Assembly (NCBI GenBank): GCA_963826085.1
Contig: CAWGVN010000001.1
Location: 44,962-76,961 of the forward strand
Source: an uncultured delta proteobacterium
GTDB lineage: Bacteria; Myxococcota_A; Polyangia; Polyangiales; Polyangiaceae
Direction of reading: 5' to 3'
Length of the DNA stretch: 32,000 nt
In this document: in pieces, positions 22,665 to 30,630 of the stretch
Layout: every line of letters starts with the position of its first letter
How positions within the stretch are numbered: the first letter of the stretch is position 1
Program-made: the position numbers and the translations under genes
The notes under the pieces: model-generated
What the model was told of the DNA's origin: nothing
Database searches by the model: none
What the model saw: the letters and a program-made list of their open reading frames with translations, nothing else

Positions 22665-23552
22665 ATGGCACGCGAAATCGACTCCTCAGTGTCCCGCTAC
22701 ATGTCGACGGTCCAGCACTTCCCCAAGCTCTCGCGCGAGGACGAGCTGGAGCTCGCGCTGCGCTGGAAGAACGACGCCGACGAGTCTGCCGCCGACGCAC
22801 TGGTGCGCGCACATCTGCGCTACGTCGTCGCCATTGCGCTCAAGTACCGGCGCTACGGGTTGCCGATGGCCGAGCTCATTGCCGAGGGGAACTTCGGCGT
22901 GGTGCATGCGCTGCGCAAGTTCGAGCCGGAGCGCGGCAATCGCTTCGTCACGTACGCGGCGTACTGGATCCGCGCCTACATCCTCAACTACATCATCCGC
23001 TCATGGAGCCTGGTGGGTGTGGGCTCCGGCGCGCTTCGCTCGAAGATGTTTTTCAAGCTGCGCCGCGAGAGGGTGCGCATCACGAACCTCGTCGGAGAAG
23101 GCGAGCATGCCGACGAGCTGCTGGCCGAGAAGTTCGGCGTGTCGCGCCCGCAGATCGTAGCGATGATGCAACGTCTCGAGGCGCGCGATGTCTCGCTGGA
23201 CACCAAGGTGTTCGACGACTCCGCGACGAGCCTGGTGGACACGCTTGTCTCGCCGGACATCGATCAAGAGCAGACCGTGGCCGGCACCGAGGTGCAGGAT
23301 CGGCTGCGCGACACGGTCCGCGTGGCAGTCGAGGCGCTCGACAAGCGCGAGCGCTACATCGTGGAGAACCGGCTGATGGCAGATTCGGAAGACGAGCTGT
23401 CACTCGCCGAGATCGGGCGCCGGCTCGGCGTGTCGCGCGAACGAGCGCGCCAGCTGGAGGCCCGGGCCAAGCGCAAGCTCAGGACCCGCATCACCGATCT
23501 GACCGGTCCCGACGCTGGCGACTTCCTCGAATTCACCGGCGCCGCCGCTTGA
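22665..23552 (+). CDS. rpoH: RNA polymerase sigma factor, sigma-32 (RpoH) family
   Basis: Collinear with RpoH. Region 2: HLRYVVAIALKYRRYGLPMAELIAEGNFGVVHALRKFEPERGNRFVTYAAYWIRAYI. RpoH-box-like: RSKMFFKLRRE. Region 4: LSLAEIGRRLGVSRERARQLEARAKRKLR. Confidence 0.85.
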   Translation: MAREIDSSVSRYMSTVQHFPKLSREDELELALRWKNDADESAADALVRAHLRYVVAIALKYRRYGLPMAELIAEGNFGVVHALRKFEPERGNRFVTYAAYWIRAYILNYIIRSWSLVGVGSGALRSKMFFKLRRERVRITNLVGEGEHADELLAEKFGVSRPQIVAMMQRLEARDVSLDTKVFDDSATSLVDTLVSPDIDQEQTVAGTEVQDRLRDTVRVAVEALDKRERYIVENRLMADSEDELSLAEIGRRLGVSRERARQLEARAKRKLRTRITDLTGPDAGDFLEFTGAAA

Positions 23553-23581
23553 GCCGCCCGGCGTGTGCTACGCTCCGCGGC

Positions 23582-23959
23582 GTCGCAGCAGTCCAGGTGA
23601 TCGCTCGTGCTTGTCGCGAGAGGAAAGTCCGGGCTCCGCAGGGCAGGGTGCCGGGTAACGCCCGGTGAGGGAGACCTCGAGGAAAGTGCCACAGAGAATA
23701 GACCGCCCGGACCGGCTCGCCCGCTCCGGGCAAGGGTGAAACGGCGGGGCAAGAGCCCACCGCGCAGCCGGTAACGGCTGCGGCACGGCAAACCCCACCC
23801 GGAGCAAGGCCGCGTATAGGGGCGTTCGAGGGCTGCCCGCCCGAGCCCCAGGGTAGGCCGCACGAGGCGTCCGGTGACGGGCGCCCAAGATGAATGATCG
23901 CCAGCTCCACCGGGGCGACCGGGTGGAGCGACAGAACCCGGCTTACGGACAGCTGCGAC
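23582..23959 (+). ncRNA. rnpB: RNase P RNA, bacterial type A
   Basis: Universal blocks are present in order: GAGGAAAGTCCGGGCTCC, GGGTGCCGGGTAACGCCCGG, GAAAGTGCCACAGA, AAGGGTGAAA, CCCACCCGGAGCAAGGC, AGATGAATGA, ACAGAACCCGGCTTA. P1 is formed by 5' gtcgcagcagtcc (23582-) pairing with 3' ggacagctgcgac (-23959) with one mismatch. Ends are good to about 5 nt. Confidence 0.92.
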
Positions 23960-23960
23960 C

Positions 23961-24006
23961 GCGCCGGTGGAGCTCACGCTCCGCCGGCGCGCGACTTTTG
24001 TCGCGC
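23961..24006. terminator. Two adjacent GC hairpins between convergent rnpB and the AgmX-like gene (possible bidirectional terminator)
   Basis: Hairpin 1: gcgccggtgg (23961-23970), 10-nt loop, ccgccggcgc (23981-23990). Hairpin 2: gcgcgac (23989-23995), tttt loop, gtcgcgc (24000-24006). No U-tract follows on either strand. Confidence 0.35.
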
Positions 24007-24013
24007 TCGACGC

Positions 24014-25696
24014 CTACTGCGACGCGAACACGAACGGCACCTTCACCGTCGTCGAACCGCTCGACGCCGGGAACCGCCAGCCACGAACCCGGCTGGCGAT
24101 GCAACCGGCGAGGCCGTGATAGCCACTCGGGTCGCCGGTGGTGCTGACGCCCTGCACGGCTCCCGAAGGCGCCACCTGGATGGTCACGGAGACGCGCGCC
24201 GACGACGGCGCGCTCTTGTCGCGCGTGTCGAGCGCCGGCTGCCAGCAGCTGCGCTTCACGCTGCCGGTGTAGCGGCCCACGGTGCGCTGCACCGCTGACG
24301 AGTCGAGCGGCTGTCCGGCACTGGCGGAGTTGGTGCCACCGGAGGGACCGACATGCGGTCCGCCCTGTAGGCCCGACAAACCGGCGAGGCCAGTCAGCCC
24401 CCCACTCTTCTCCTCCTTGGTCTTCGCCGCGGAGCCGGTGGCATGCGCCGCGGCATGCGTGGTGCTGCCCTTGGCTGTCTTGCCGTCGTTCGTGTCGTCC
24501 TGCTGGTCGGGCTGGTTCGTGTCGTCCTTCTTGTCCGCGTTGTTGTCGGCGGTCTTCTCGCCGCCCTTCGCCGGTACCTTGATGTACTTGATGATCTGCT
24601 GCGCGGGCTTCTGCCTGCTGAACAGCACGAAGCCGATCGTCAACCCGAACATGAGCGCGACCACAACGGCGATCCAGGGGGCAAACGAGCCGCGGCGCCT
24701 GGGGACGATCGCCTCCAGATCGACGTCGCCCAGGCCGTCCTTCTCCGTGACCACCGCCGGGCCCGTCGCCGGAGCACTGGCCGTGGGAGCCGCCGCGGCG
24801 GCAAAGGGATCGCCGACCTCGCCGACCGATGAGGTCGCTGCCGGCGCGGCGAAAGGGTCCGCCAGCGGCGTAAACTGCGCCGCTGGCGACGAACCGGCGT
24901 TCGGGCTGAGAGGCGTGAGCGAGGCCCGCGCGCTCGACACGCCCTCGTCCACGATCGCCACCAGCTCCGGGAACGTCTTGAGCGGCATCCACTCCTCGAA
25001 CCCGTCGCGCCAGACGAGCGAGTCCACGGTGATGGCTCCGGCAGCGGCCTTGGAGCGGAGCTCGCTCAGACGGATGGGCCCGACCGGAACGCCGTTGATA
25101 CCGACGTACCATTCCTCCGATCCGATCAGGTCCGGCAGCGCGCTCGACTCGGGAGCCTGGACGGCCTGGGCAAACGCGCCGGCCAGCGCGCCCGCGCCGG
25201 CGATCATCGTCCGCTCGTCGTCGTCGTTGTAGCTGACGATGCCCGCCGCCGACGACGAGCCGTTCGAGCCGTTCCCGCCGCGCGCGTAGACGTTCGAGAT
25301 CCGTTGCTCGCCCGTTGTCATCGCACCCGGCGAAGGTGTCGGGCGCATAGGCTCTGCTGCGAGTGGCCCGCCCTGGTCGAGCGCGCGTCCGGCGGCGGGC
25401 CGTGGAGGCGGCGCAGCGTGCCCCGGGCGCGGCGGCGCGGCGCGCGGCACTGAAGGTGATGGCGCTCGCCGTGGCGCCGGCGGAGCGGGGCCGGGTGTCC
25501 GCGCAGCGGGCGCAGCGAGAGCGGGCTCGTCGGCCGGCGCGTCCGCCGATCTGGGCGCGGCCGAACCCTCCGTCACCGCCTTGCTGATCTGGATCATGTA
25601 GCCGCACTTGCGGCATTTCATCCGCACCGAGCGGCCCGCGACTTTTTCGTCGGCGATCTGGTACTTCGCCTTGCAGCTGGGACAGAGGAACTTCAT
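24014..25696 (-). CDS. AgmX/GltJ-like membrane protein: MJ0042-type zinc finger, GYF_2 domain, Pro-rich linker, TM helix, AgmX/PglI-type (TonB-C-like) C-terminal domain
   Basis: N-terminus: MKFLCPSCKAKYQIADEKVAGRSVRMKCRKCGY. GYF_2: EEWYVGINGVPVGPIRLSELRSKAAAGAITVDSLVWRDGFEEWMPLKTFPEL. TM helix: FAPWIAVVVALMFGLTIGFVLF. C-terminus: VQRTVGRYTGSVKRSCWQPAL, VTIQVAPSGAVQGV, LAGCIASRVRGWRFPASSGSTTVKVPFVF. Confidence 0.8.
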   Translation of the reverse strand: MKFLCPSCKAKYQIADEKVAGRSVRMKCRKCGYMIQISKAVTEGSAAPRSADAPADEPALAAPAARTPGPAPPAPRRAPSPSVPRAAPPRPGHAAPPPRPAAGRALDQGGPLAAEPMRPTPSPGAMTTGEQRISNVYARGGNGSNGSSSAAGIVSYNDDDERTMIAGAGALAGAFAQAVQAPESSALPDLIGSEEWYVGINGVPVGPIRLSELRSKAAAGAITVDSLVWRDGFEEWMPLKTFPELVAIVDEGVSSARASLTPLSPNAGSSPAAQFTPLADPFAAPAATSSVGEVGDPFAAAAAPTASAPATGPAVVTEKDGLGDVDLEAIVPRRRGSFAPWIAVVVALMFGLTIGFVLFSRQKPAQQIIKYIKVPAKGGEKTADNNADKKDDTNQPDQQDDTNDGKTAKGSTTHAAAHATGSAAKTKEEKSGGLTGLAGLSGLQGGPHVGPSGGTNSASAGQPLDSSAVQRTVGRYTGSVKRSCWQPALDTRDKSAPSSARVSVTIQVAPSGAVQGVSTTGDPSGYHGLAGCIASRVRGWRFPASSGSTTVKVPFVFASQ

Positions 25697-25844
25697 TCAG
25701 CTGGGGGCCCGGGCCTCGGTGGTGTTTCGGACTGGGAGAGGATAGCGCGAGGCCCCACCCCGCGCGAAAGCTCTTTCGTGCGGTTCGGGTGGCTTTTCCT
25801 GCCGAGTCCCGGGCGGGCCCGGCCATCACCCCGCTTCCCGACCG

Positions 25845-27347
25845 TCAAAGCAGGCTCAGAAGATGCTGCTTGATCGACTGGCGCGTGCCCTCGTCGGGCG
25901 CCAGGCCGAGCGCCCGCTCCCACATCTCCGCGGCCTTGTTCCTGAACCCGGCCTTCTGGTAGAGGATTGCGAGGTTCTTGACGGCCGGGAAGTGGCGGGA
26001 GTTGATTTCCACCGCCGTCTCCAGCTCGCTGATGGCCTCGTAGACCTCGCCCTTCTTGCCGAAGAGCAGCCCCAGGTGGAAGTGCAGCCGGTAGGCTAGC
26101 GGGTCGATGCCTATGCCGCGCTTGAGGTGCTCGATCGCCTCGTCGACGCGCCCGGCCTGGTAGGCCGCCACGCCGGCGGCCAGCGCCTTCTCGGCCTCGG
26201 CGGAGATCTCCCGCGCCCGCTCGCTGTCGCTGGGCTGCTCCTCCGCAAGGCACGTCTCGACAGCCCGGAGCACATCGGCGATGCGGAACGGCTTCTCGAT
26301 GTAGTGGTCGACGCCGCAGCTCTGCTTGAGATCCTCCGCGTAGCGCCACCCGCGGTAGACGGCGCTGACCATGATGATGGGCACATGGCCGTAGAGCTTG
26401 CTGCCCTTGATGCGGCGCGCAATGTCGAATCCGTGCACCTCGGGCAGCATGGCATCGAGCACGATCAGGTCCGGGGCGTGCTCCTTGACCATCCTGAGCG
26501 CGAGCAGACCGCGGTCCGCCTCCAGCACGCGGTAGCCGCGCGTCCCCAGCAGGCGCTTGAGCATCTTGCGGATGTCCGCCTCGTCGTCGACCACGAGGAT
26601 CGTCCTCGCGTTTTCCGGCGGCGGCTGCGATTCGAGCTCGTGTTCGGGGAGGTCGGTGACGACGCTGAGGTCCCGCGACATGTCGCCGAAATCCGTGTCG
26701 GAGATCTCGTCGGTCTGCGACACCCTGCCCACGGCATCGTCGACGACGACACCCGGCGACTCGAAGCCCCCGGATTCCGTACGCTGCGGCATCGCCCCGG
26801 TCGGGGGCGCGGGCTGTGGCTCGACCAGCGGCGTCCCGTCGGGAGCAAGACCGACCTTTTCCAGCACCTCGGGCGGACAGCGCGGACCGACGTAGAAGTC
26901 CTCCCCGCGCACCTTCTTCGAGTAGGCGTCGTCGATGACGTGCGCCAGCACGGTCTCGAGCGCGACGTACGGATAGACCTTCTTTCCCGTCACGAACTCC
27001 AGCTCGTCGATGACCTTCTTCTCGCGCGGGTTCGCCATCGCGATGAACAGGCGATCGTCGCGCACGAGCACGGGAAGAATCAGGTGCTTCTCCGCGATCT
27101 CGCGCGGCAGCAGATCGAGGTCCTCGAGCTTGAGACAGATCTGGCCGAGATCGATCCCGGGGATGCCGTGCTGCTCGCTCAACGCCTTGAGCGCCGACAC
27201 GTCCGAGATCGTCCCCTGCTCCATCAGCCGCGACGCGAGGCGATGGCCGGTCGCCTTGTCTGCCAGCGCCTGCTCCAGCTGTTGCGGGCTGAGCGCCTTC
27301 TGCTGGAGCAGGATCCGGCCGATCTGTTTCCGCGATCCGGAGGTCAT
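25845..27347 (-). CDS. Response regulator with N-terminal T2SSE_N/MshEN-like domain, receiver domain and C-terminal TPR repeats
   Basis: N-domain: IGRILLQQKALSPQQLEQAL, RLASRLMEQGTISDVSALKALSEQHGIPGIDL, LILPVLVRDDRLFIAMANP. Receiver: ILVVDDEADIRKML, LIVLDAMLP, IIMVSA, IEKPF. TPR: AIEHLKRGIGIDPLAYRLHFHLGLLFGKKGEVYEAISELETAVEINSRHFPAVKNLAILYQKAG. Confidence 0.85.
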   Translation of the reverse strand: MTSGSRKQIGRILLQQKALSPQQLEQALADKATGHRLASRLMEQGTISDVSALKALSEQHGIPGIDLGQICLKLEDLDLLPREIAEKHLILPVLVRDDRLFIAMANPREKKVIDELEFVTGKKVYPYVALETVLAHVIDDAYSKKVRGEDFYVGPRCPPEVLEKVGLAPDGTPLVEPQPAPPTGAMPQRTESGGFESPGVVVDDAVGRVSQTDEISDTDFGDMSRDLSVVTDLPEHELESQPPPENARTILVVDDEADIRKMLKRLLGTRGYRVLEADRGLLALRMVKEHAPDLIVLDAMLPEVHGFDIARRIKGSKLYGHVPIIMVSAVYRGWRYAEDLKQSCGVDHYIEKPFRIADVLRAVETCLAEEQPSDSERAREISAEAEKALAAGVAAYQAGRVDEAIEHLKRGIGIDPLAYRLHFHLGLLFGKKGEVYEAISELETAVEINSRHFPAVKNLAILYQKAGFRNKAAEMWERALGLAPDEGTRQSIKQHLLSLL

Positions 27348-27448
27348 CTCGAAACGCGCTGATTATTCCACGATGCCGGCGCATTCGCCTGGAATTTCGC
27401 CCGGATCACGGTATCGGGCGAGATGGCCGCTGGAACGTGCCCGCGGGA

Positions 27449-27675
27449 TCAGGGCTGGAAGCCCGGGAAGGAGCAGGGCCCGCCGCAGGTGTTGTCGACC
27501 TTGCCCGTCTTGAGGAAGGTGTCCGTCTGCTCCTGGTTCTGCGGCAGCTTGCGGACGTCCCCGTGGACGTTGTTGTCCGTGTACGGCGTGGCGTTGGTTG
27601 CGGGCGGCTGCGTCCGCCCCAGATCGTAGAAAGTCAGCGCCAGACCGCCTCCTCCCTGCGTGGCGTCGAGACCCC
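27449..27675 (-). pseudogene. Out-of-frame, coding-like C-terminal continuation of the hydrolase gene (frameshift, sequencing error or real)
   Basis: The 27449..28309 track frame reads GLDATQGGGGLALTFYDLGRTQPPATNATPYTDNNVHGDVRKLPQNQEQTDTFLKTGKVDNTCGGPCSFPGFQP* with genome-typical GC3-rich codons. It joins the hydrolase frame if one base is added in the C4/G4 run at 27672-27675. Confidence 0.5.
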
Positions 27676-29448
27676 GAGACGTTCGAGCGCAGAGGGGGAC
27701 AGCAGCGGGGTGCCGAGCGTCCGCGCCTGGATCTCCGTGGCCAGATTGCTCACCTGGCAGTCGCCAACTCCGGCCTGGAACAGCAGCTGCTTCTTCGGGG
27801 TATTCGGCAATGGCGGATGGGTGCCTTCGGCGTAGGCGGTGCCGGAACCCTCGGACATGTCGAACATCGACTGCCAGAGCGCCATCACGAGCTGCTGATC
27901 GACGCGGTCGCCGTATCCGTTGTGCAAGGACGGAGCGAACTCGTTCCAGTCGACGCTGCGCTGGATCATCAGCGAGTAAGCGGTCCCGCCTACCTGCAAC
28001 ACGCCGCGCGGGATGTCCGGCGAGTACGCCAGAAGGCTGGCGCCCAGTATGCTGCCCTGAGAGATGCCGTAGTAATAGACCTGGAACGGATCCACGACAG
28101 CACTCTTGCCGTTGATGAGAGCCTGCGGGTCCTTGACGATCTGCTTGGCCGTGCGCGTCAGCACCATGAAGTTGATCATGGCCTGCTGCAGGCGATCGCC
28201 CACCCAGGGGAAGTGGTTCACGTCGTTCACCGCGGAGATCGCAGCCGCGTTCGCGCCCACGCCCGCCGCCTCGGTGTAGGACATGCCGATCCAGTCGGTC
28301 GCGATGCACACGTAGCCCTTGTCGTTGCAGAAACCGCGCGTGTGGCCGCTGTCGACCTCGCTCATGTCGCCCAGCAGCCCATGGCCGTAGACCAGAAGCG
28401 GGTACGGCCCGTTCGTCTCGGCGCTCTTGGGGATGACGAGCTCGAAGGGATATTCGGCGTTTTCCACGAACGCGGGCTTGCCGTCATTGCCCGTCGAGAG
28501 CTCGGTCGGCGCGACGGAGCGGTCGTTTTCGGTGAGAAAGCTCGGCACTGTGAACGTGCCCGTGATGCGCTTCGAGACCTCGGGTTGGGGGTCCGACTCG
28601 ACGGTATCGATGTGGTAGCCGATCCCCGTCGCGCCGACCTTCTTCAGGGCCTGGTCGCGCATGGACAGCACGTTACCCGTCATCTGCTGGAGGCTCGCCG
28701 TGCGGAAGTCCCAGGCGAGCAGCAGGTCCTTCTTCTGCACGCCGACCTTGGCCAACGACGACAGCACCTCGGGCAGGTCGTCGATCATCCGCTTGTAGCG
28801 CGGGTCGTCGCTCCTGGCGCCGGCCAGCGCGCTCTTGAAGCCCGGCGGCATCGCCGGCGTGGTGCCGTCGACGGCCTTCAGTGTGCGTGTGATGCCCACG
28901 GCGTAGCGGTGGTCCGGCTTCAGGATGATGGCAGGGCGGATCATCATCGGCTGCCGCTCGTCGGAAGTGATGTCCGACGACAGATCCACCTCGCTGAAGT
29001 GCGGAACGGCCTTGTTCGTCTCCATGTCGACGAGCACGGTGGCGCTGGTCGGCTGCAGGCTCTTGTCGTAGTCCGAGCGTGGGGGCAGAGACTTCGCGTC
29101 GATGCGCTTGTTGAAATAGACCAGGATCGGCGTCGCCGGCGAGAAGCCGTCCAGCTGGTTCCAGCGAGTGGGATCGAAAGGCTTTGCGTCCGGCGCCGCG
29201 GATTGGGGTATCGCGTCGGACGCCAGGTCGAGTCGGTAGCCCGTCGTGCTGGTCGGGTCGGCCTTCTCGTACGCCATCGACGGGAACGGCAGAGCGCAGG
29301 CCCCGGCGGTGCGGAACGGGTTGCAGCTCGCCGGCAGATTGTCGGCCGGCAGTTGGAGCTTCTTCGGCCCCTCCGCGGAGCTCCCACACCCCACCAGAAG
29401 CAGAAGCATGGCGCACAGCCCGGAAACGCTCGCCCTCATGTTCCGCAT
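27634..29448 (-). CDS. Alpha/beta-hydrolase-fold lipoprotein (esterase/lipase-like), as annotated up to the first in-frame stop
   Basis: ATG 29448 (MRNMRASVSGLCAMLLLLVGC lipobox). VYGHGLLGD matches an oxyanion-region pattern, and YYYGISQGS is a GxSxG nucleophile elbow. GC3-rich throughout. Confidence 0.75.
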   Translation of the reverse strand: MRNMRASVSGLCAMLLLLVGCGSSAEGPKKLQLPADNLPASCNPFRTAGACALPFPSMAYEKADPTSTTGYRLDLASDAIPQSAAPDAKPFDPTRWNQLDGFSPATPILVYFNKRIDAKSLPPRSDYDKSLQPTSATVLVDMETNKAVPHFSEVDLSSDITSDERQPMMIRPAIILKPDHRYAVGITRTLKAVDGTTPAMPPGFKSALAGARSDDPRYKRMIDDLPEVLSSLAKVGVQKKDLLLAWDFRTASLQQMTGNVLSMRDQALKKVGATGIGYHIDTVESDPQPEVSKRITGTFTVPSFLTENDRSVAPTELSTGNDGKPAFVENAEYPFELVIPKSAETNGPYPLLVYGHGLLGDMSEVDSGHTRGFCNDKGYVCIATDWIGMSYTEAAGVGANAAAISAVNDVNHFPWVGDRLQQAMINFMVLTRTAKQIVKDPQALINGKSAVVDPFQVYYYGISQGSILGASLLAYSPDIPRGVLQVGGTAYSLMIQRSVDWNEFAPSLHNGYGDRVDQQLVMALWQSMFDMSEGSGTAYAEGTHPPLPNTPKKQLLFQAGVGDCQVSNLATEIQARTLGTPLLSPSALERLGVSTPRREEAVWR

Positions 29449-29523
29449 GGTGCCGAAGCCGGCGCCCCCCGGCAAGCTGTCGCTCGGCGCTGGCGGCCCC
29501 TGGAGCCTGGCGCAGGGCCCCGC

Positions 29524-30630
29524 TCAACCGCTCGTGCCGAGCTCCGCGAGCCTGGCCTCGGCGAACCGCTGGTAGTCGCCGTCGAGGACGGCCTGACGCG
29601 CCCCGGCCACGAGACGCTCGTAGAAGTGGAGGTTGTGCAGCGTGATCAGACGATGCGCGAGGATCTCCCGCGCTATGTACAGGTGCCTGAGATACGAGCG
29701 CGTGTAGCCCGCGCTGCAGACCGGACAGGGGCAGCCCGGTTCCAGCACCGACAGGTCATCGCGATAGCGAGCGTTCTTGATCACGAGCTTGCCGCCGGCA
29801 ACGAAGACCTGGCCGTTGCGCGCGTTGCGGGTCGGCATCACGCAGTCGAACAGGTCAACGCCGCTGGCGATCGCGCGCAGGAGGTCGGCGGGCGTGCCGA
29901 CGCCCATCAGGTAGTGCGGTCGTTCGGGGTCCAGGCGTGGTCCCACCACGGACAGCGTGCGATGCATGTCCTCGGGAGGCTCGCCCACGCTGAAACCGCC
30001 GAGGGCCAGGCCGTCCACGGCAAGCCGCGACAGCGCTTCAGCGTGCGCGAGCCGGAGCTCCACGTCCGTTCCACCCTGTACGATGCCGAACAGAGCCTGG
30101 CCCTCGTTCTTCGCCTCGAGGCAGCGCTCGGCCCAGCGCGTGGTGCGCTCGACGGCCTGCACAAGGACGTCCCGCTCCGACCGACCCGGCGGACACACAT
30201 CGAGCTGCATCGCGATGTCCGAACCCAGGAGACCCTGCACCCGCATCGATTCCTCGGGCGAGAGCAGGTGCCGCGCACCGTCGAGGTGCGACGAGAACTC
30301 GAAGCCGTGCTCGCCCAGCTTCGCCCGCTGGGCCAGCGAGAACGCCTGGAAGCCGCCGGAATCCGTTGCGATGGCGTGCGGCCAACGACTGAACTCGTGC
30401 AGGCCGCCGTGCGCGGCGACGACCTCGGGGCCCGGGCGCAGCCACAGGTGATAGGTGTTCATGATGAGGAGGCGAGCGCCGGTGCCTGCCACCTCGTCCG
30501 GCGTCAGCGCCTTGACGGTGCCCTGTGTGCCCACGGGCATGAACGCGGGAGTGGGAACGTCGCCACGACGCGTGTGCAGCACGCCGGCGCGCGCAGCGCC
30601 GGACTTCCCCAGAAGCTCGAAGAAGCTCAC
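29524..30630 (-). CDS. tgt: Queuine tRNA-ribosyltransferase (tRNA-guanine transglycosylase)
   Basis: The GTG at 30630-30628 overlaps the queA stop (GTGA) and gives (M)SFFELLGKSGAARAGVLHTRRGDVPTPAFMPVGTQGTVKALTPDEV. This aligns with the E. coli Tgt N-terminus MKFELDTTDGRARRG...TPCFMPVGTYGTVKG. Other hallmarks: DSGGFQ, the zinc site CPCPVC...YLRHL. The track ORF opens 7 codons earlier at another GTG. Confidence 0.93.
   Translation of the reverse strand: MSFFELLGKSGAARAGVLHTRRGDVPTPAFMPVGTQGTVKALTPDEVAGTGARLLIMNTYHLWLRPGPEVVAAHGGLHEFSRWPHAIATDSGGFQAFSLAQRAKLGEHGFEFSSHLDGARHLLSPEESMRVQGLLGSDIAMQLDVCPPGRSERDVLVQAVERTTRWAERCLEAKNEGQALFGIVQGGTDVELRLAHAEALSRLAVDGLALGGFSVGEPPEDMHRTLSVVGPRLDPERPHYLMGVGTPADLLRAIASGVDLFDCVMPTRNARNGQVFVAGGKLVIKNARYRDDLSVLEPGCPCPVCSAGYTRSYLRHLYIAREILAHRLITLHNLHFYERLVAGARQAVLDGDYQRFAEARLAELGTSG

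Noticed and set aside
23943-25829. 628-aa minus-strand ORF overlapping the AgmX-like gene in another frame, plus 25693..27384 (563 aa) overlapping the MshEN-REC-TPR gene
   Set aside because: The alternative frames (24014..25696 and 25845..27347) carry clear zinc-finger, GYF, receiver and TPR motifs. These ORFs are Arg/Gly-rich, and the first would also run into rnpB.
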